A DNA stretch of 64,000 bases from Rhizophagus irregularis (Eukaryota), in assembly GCF_026210795.1 (NCBI RefSeq), contig NC_089431.1, positions 3,286,001 to 3,350,000 on the forward strand, read 5' to 3'. How positions within the stretch are numbered: position 1 is the first letter of the stretch; the number at the start of each line of letters is the position of its first letter. This document shows positions 63,781-64,000 of the stretch, in pieces. The position numbers and the translations under genes were made by a program. The notes under the pieces were generated by a model, which was given only the letters and a program-made list of their open reading frames with translations, did not search any database and was not told the DNA's origin.

Positions 63781-64000
63781 ATGTCAGAAATTTTTAATTG
63801 TTCGCTTGACTATTATATTACTGAAGAAGGTGCAGTGCCTTTGCTTCCTTTCGCTACACACGTGTCACTACAAATTATTGATACTTTACCATGGAATACC
63901 ATAATTTTACAACCAGAATCTAATTCACAAGAAGATACTTTTCAACTAATACAACCAATATTCTTTCAATCACACATACAAGAAACCTCGTGTCCTGAAC
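63781..64000 (+). CDS. Possible 5' part of a gene running off the window
   Basis: ATG at 63781 opens a stop-free frame (MSEIFNCSLDYYITEEGAVPLLPF..QETSCPE) to the window end, with higher GC than its flanks. Confidence 0.45.
   Translation, partial: MSEIFNCSLDYYITEEGAVPLLPFATHVSLQIIDTLPWNTIILQPESNSQEDTFQLIQPIFFQSHIQETSCPE

Overview
AT-rich, intron-rich eukaryotic DNA, most consistent with an arbuscular mycorrhizal fungus (Glomeromycotina, Rhizophagus-like). This is inferred from the short AT-rich GT-AG introns, the expanded BTB-BACK-TLDc genes and the repeat types. Compact blocks of housekeeping genes (RRP14/SURF6, HERP-like, NDC80, MSP1, RRP43, an oligopeptidase B-like S9 peptidase, RPN3, MSS1/GTPBP3, YjbQ, MAK5/DDX24, RBM18) alternate with two transposon graveyards at about 9.2-18.8 kb and 46-58 kb. 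The main hidden find, almost invisible in the ORF track, is a decayed but complete eukaryotic IS607-type element at about 55.9-57.8 kb. It carries a MerR-HTH serine recombinase (TnpA) overlapping a Fanzor2/TnpB RNA-guided nuclease gene, which is interrupted by a hAT MITE. Other highlights are: a four-level nest of elements with readable target-site duplications (TSDs), including two RT-less poly(A) retroelements that share a 3' tail; a 7.8-kb CACTA/CMC element carrying RNF213-like AAA+ gene fragments; a BTB-BACK gene ending in a Nup214-like FG tail; a TIR element built from splice-signal modules; and pervasive C-to-T/G-to-A decay of repeats. All family assignments come from manual translation and motif recognition, not from database searches.
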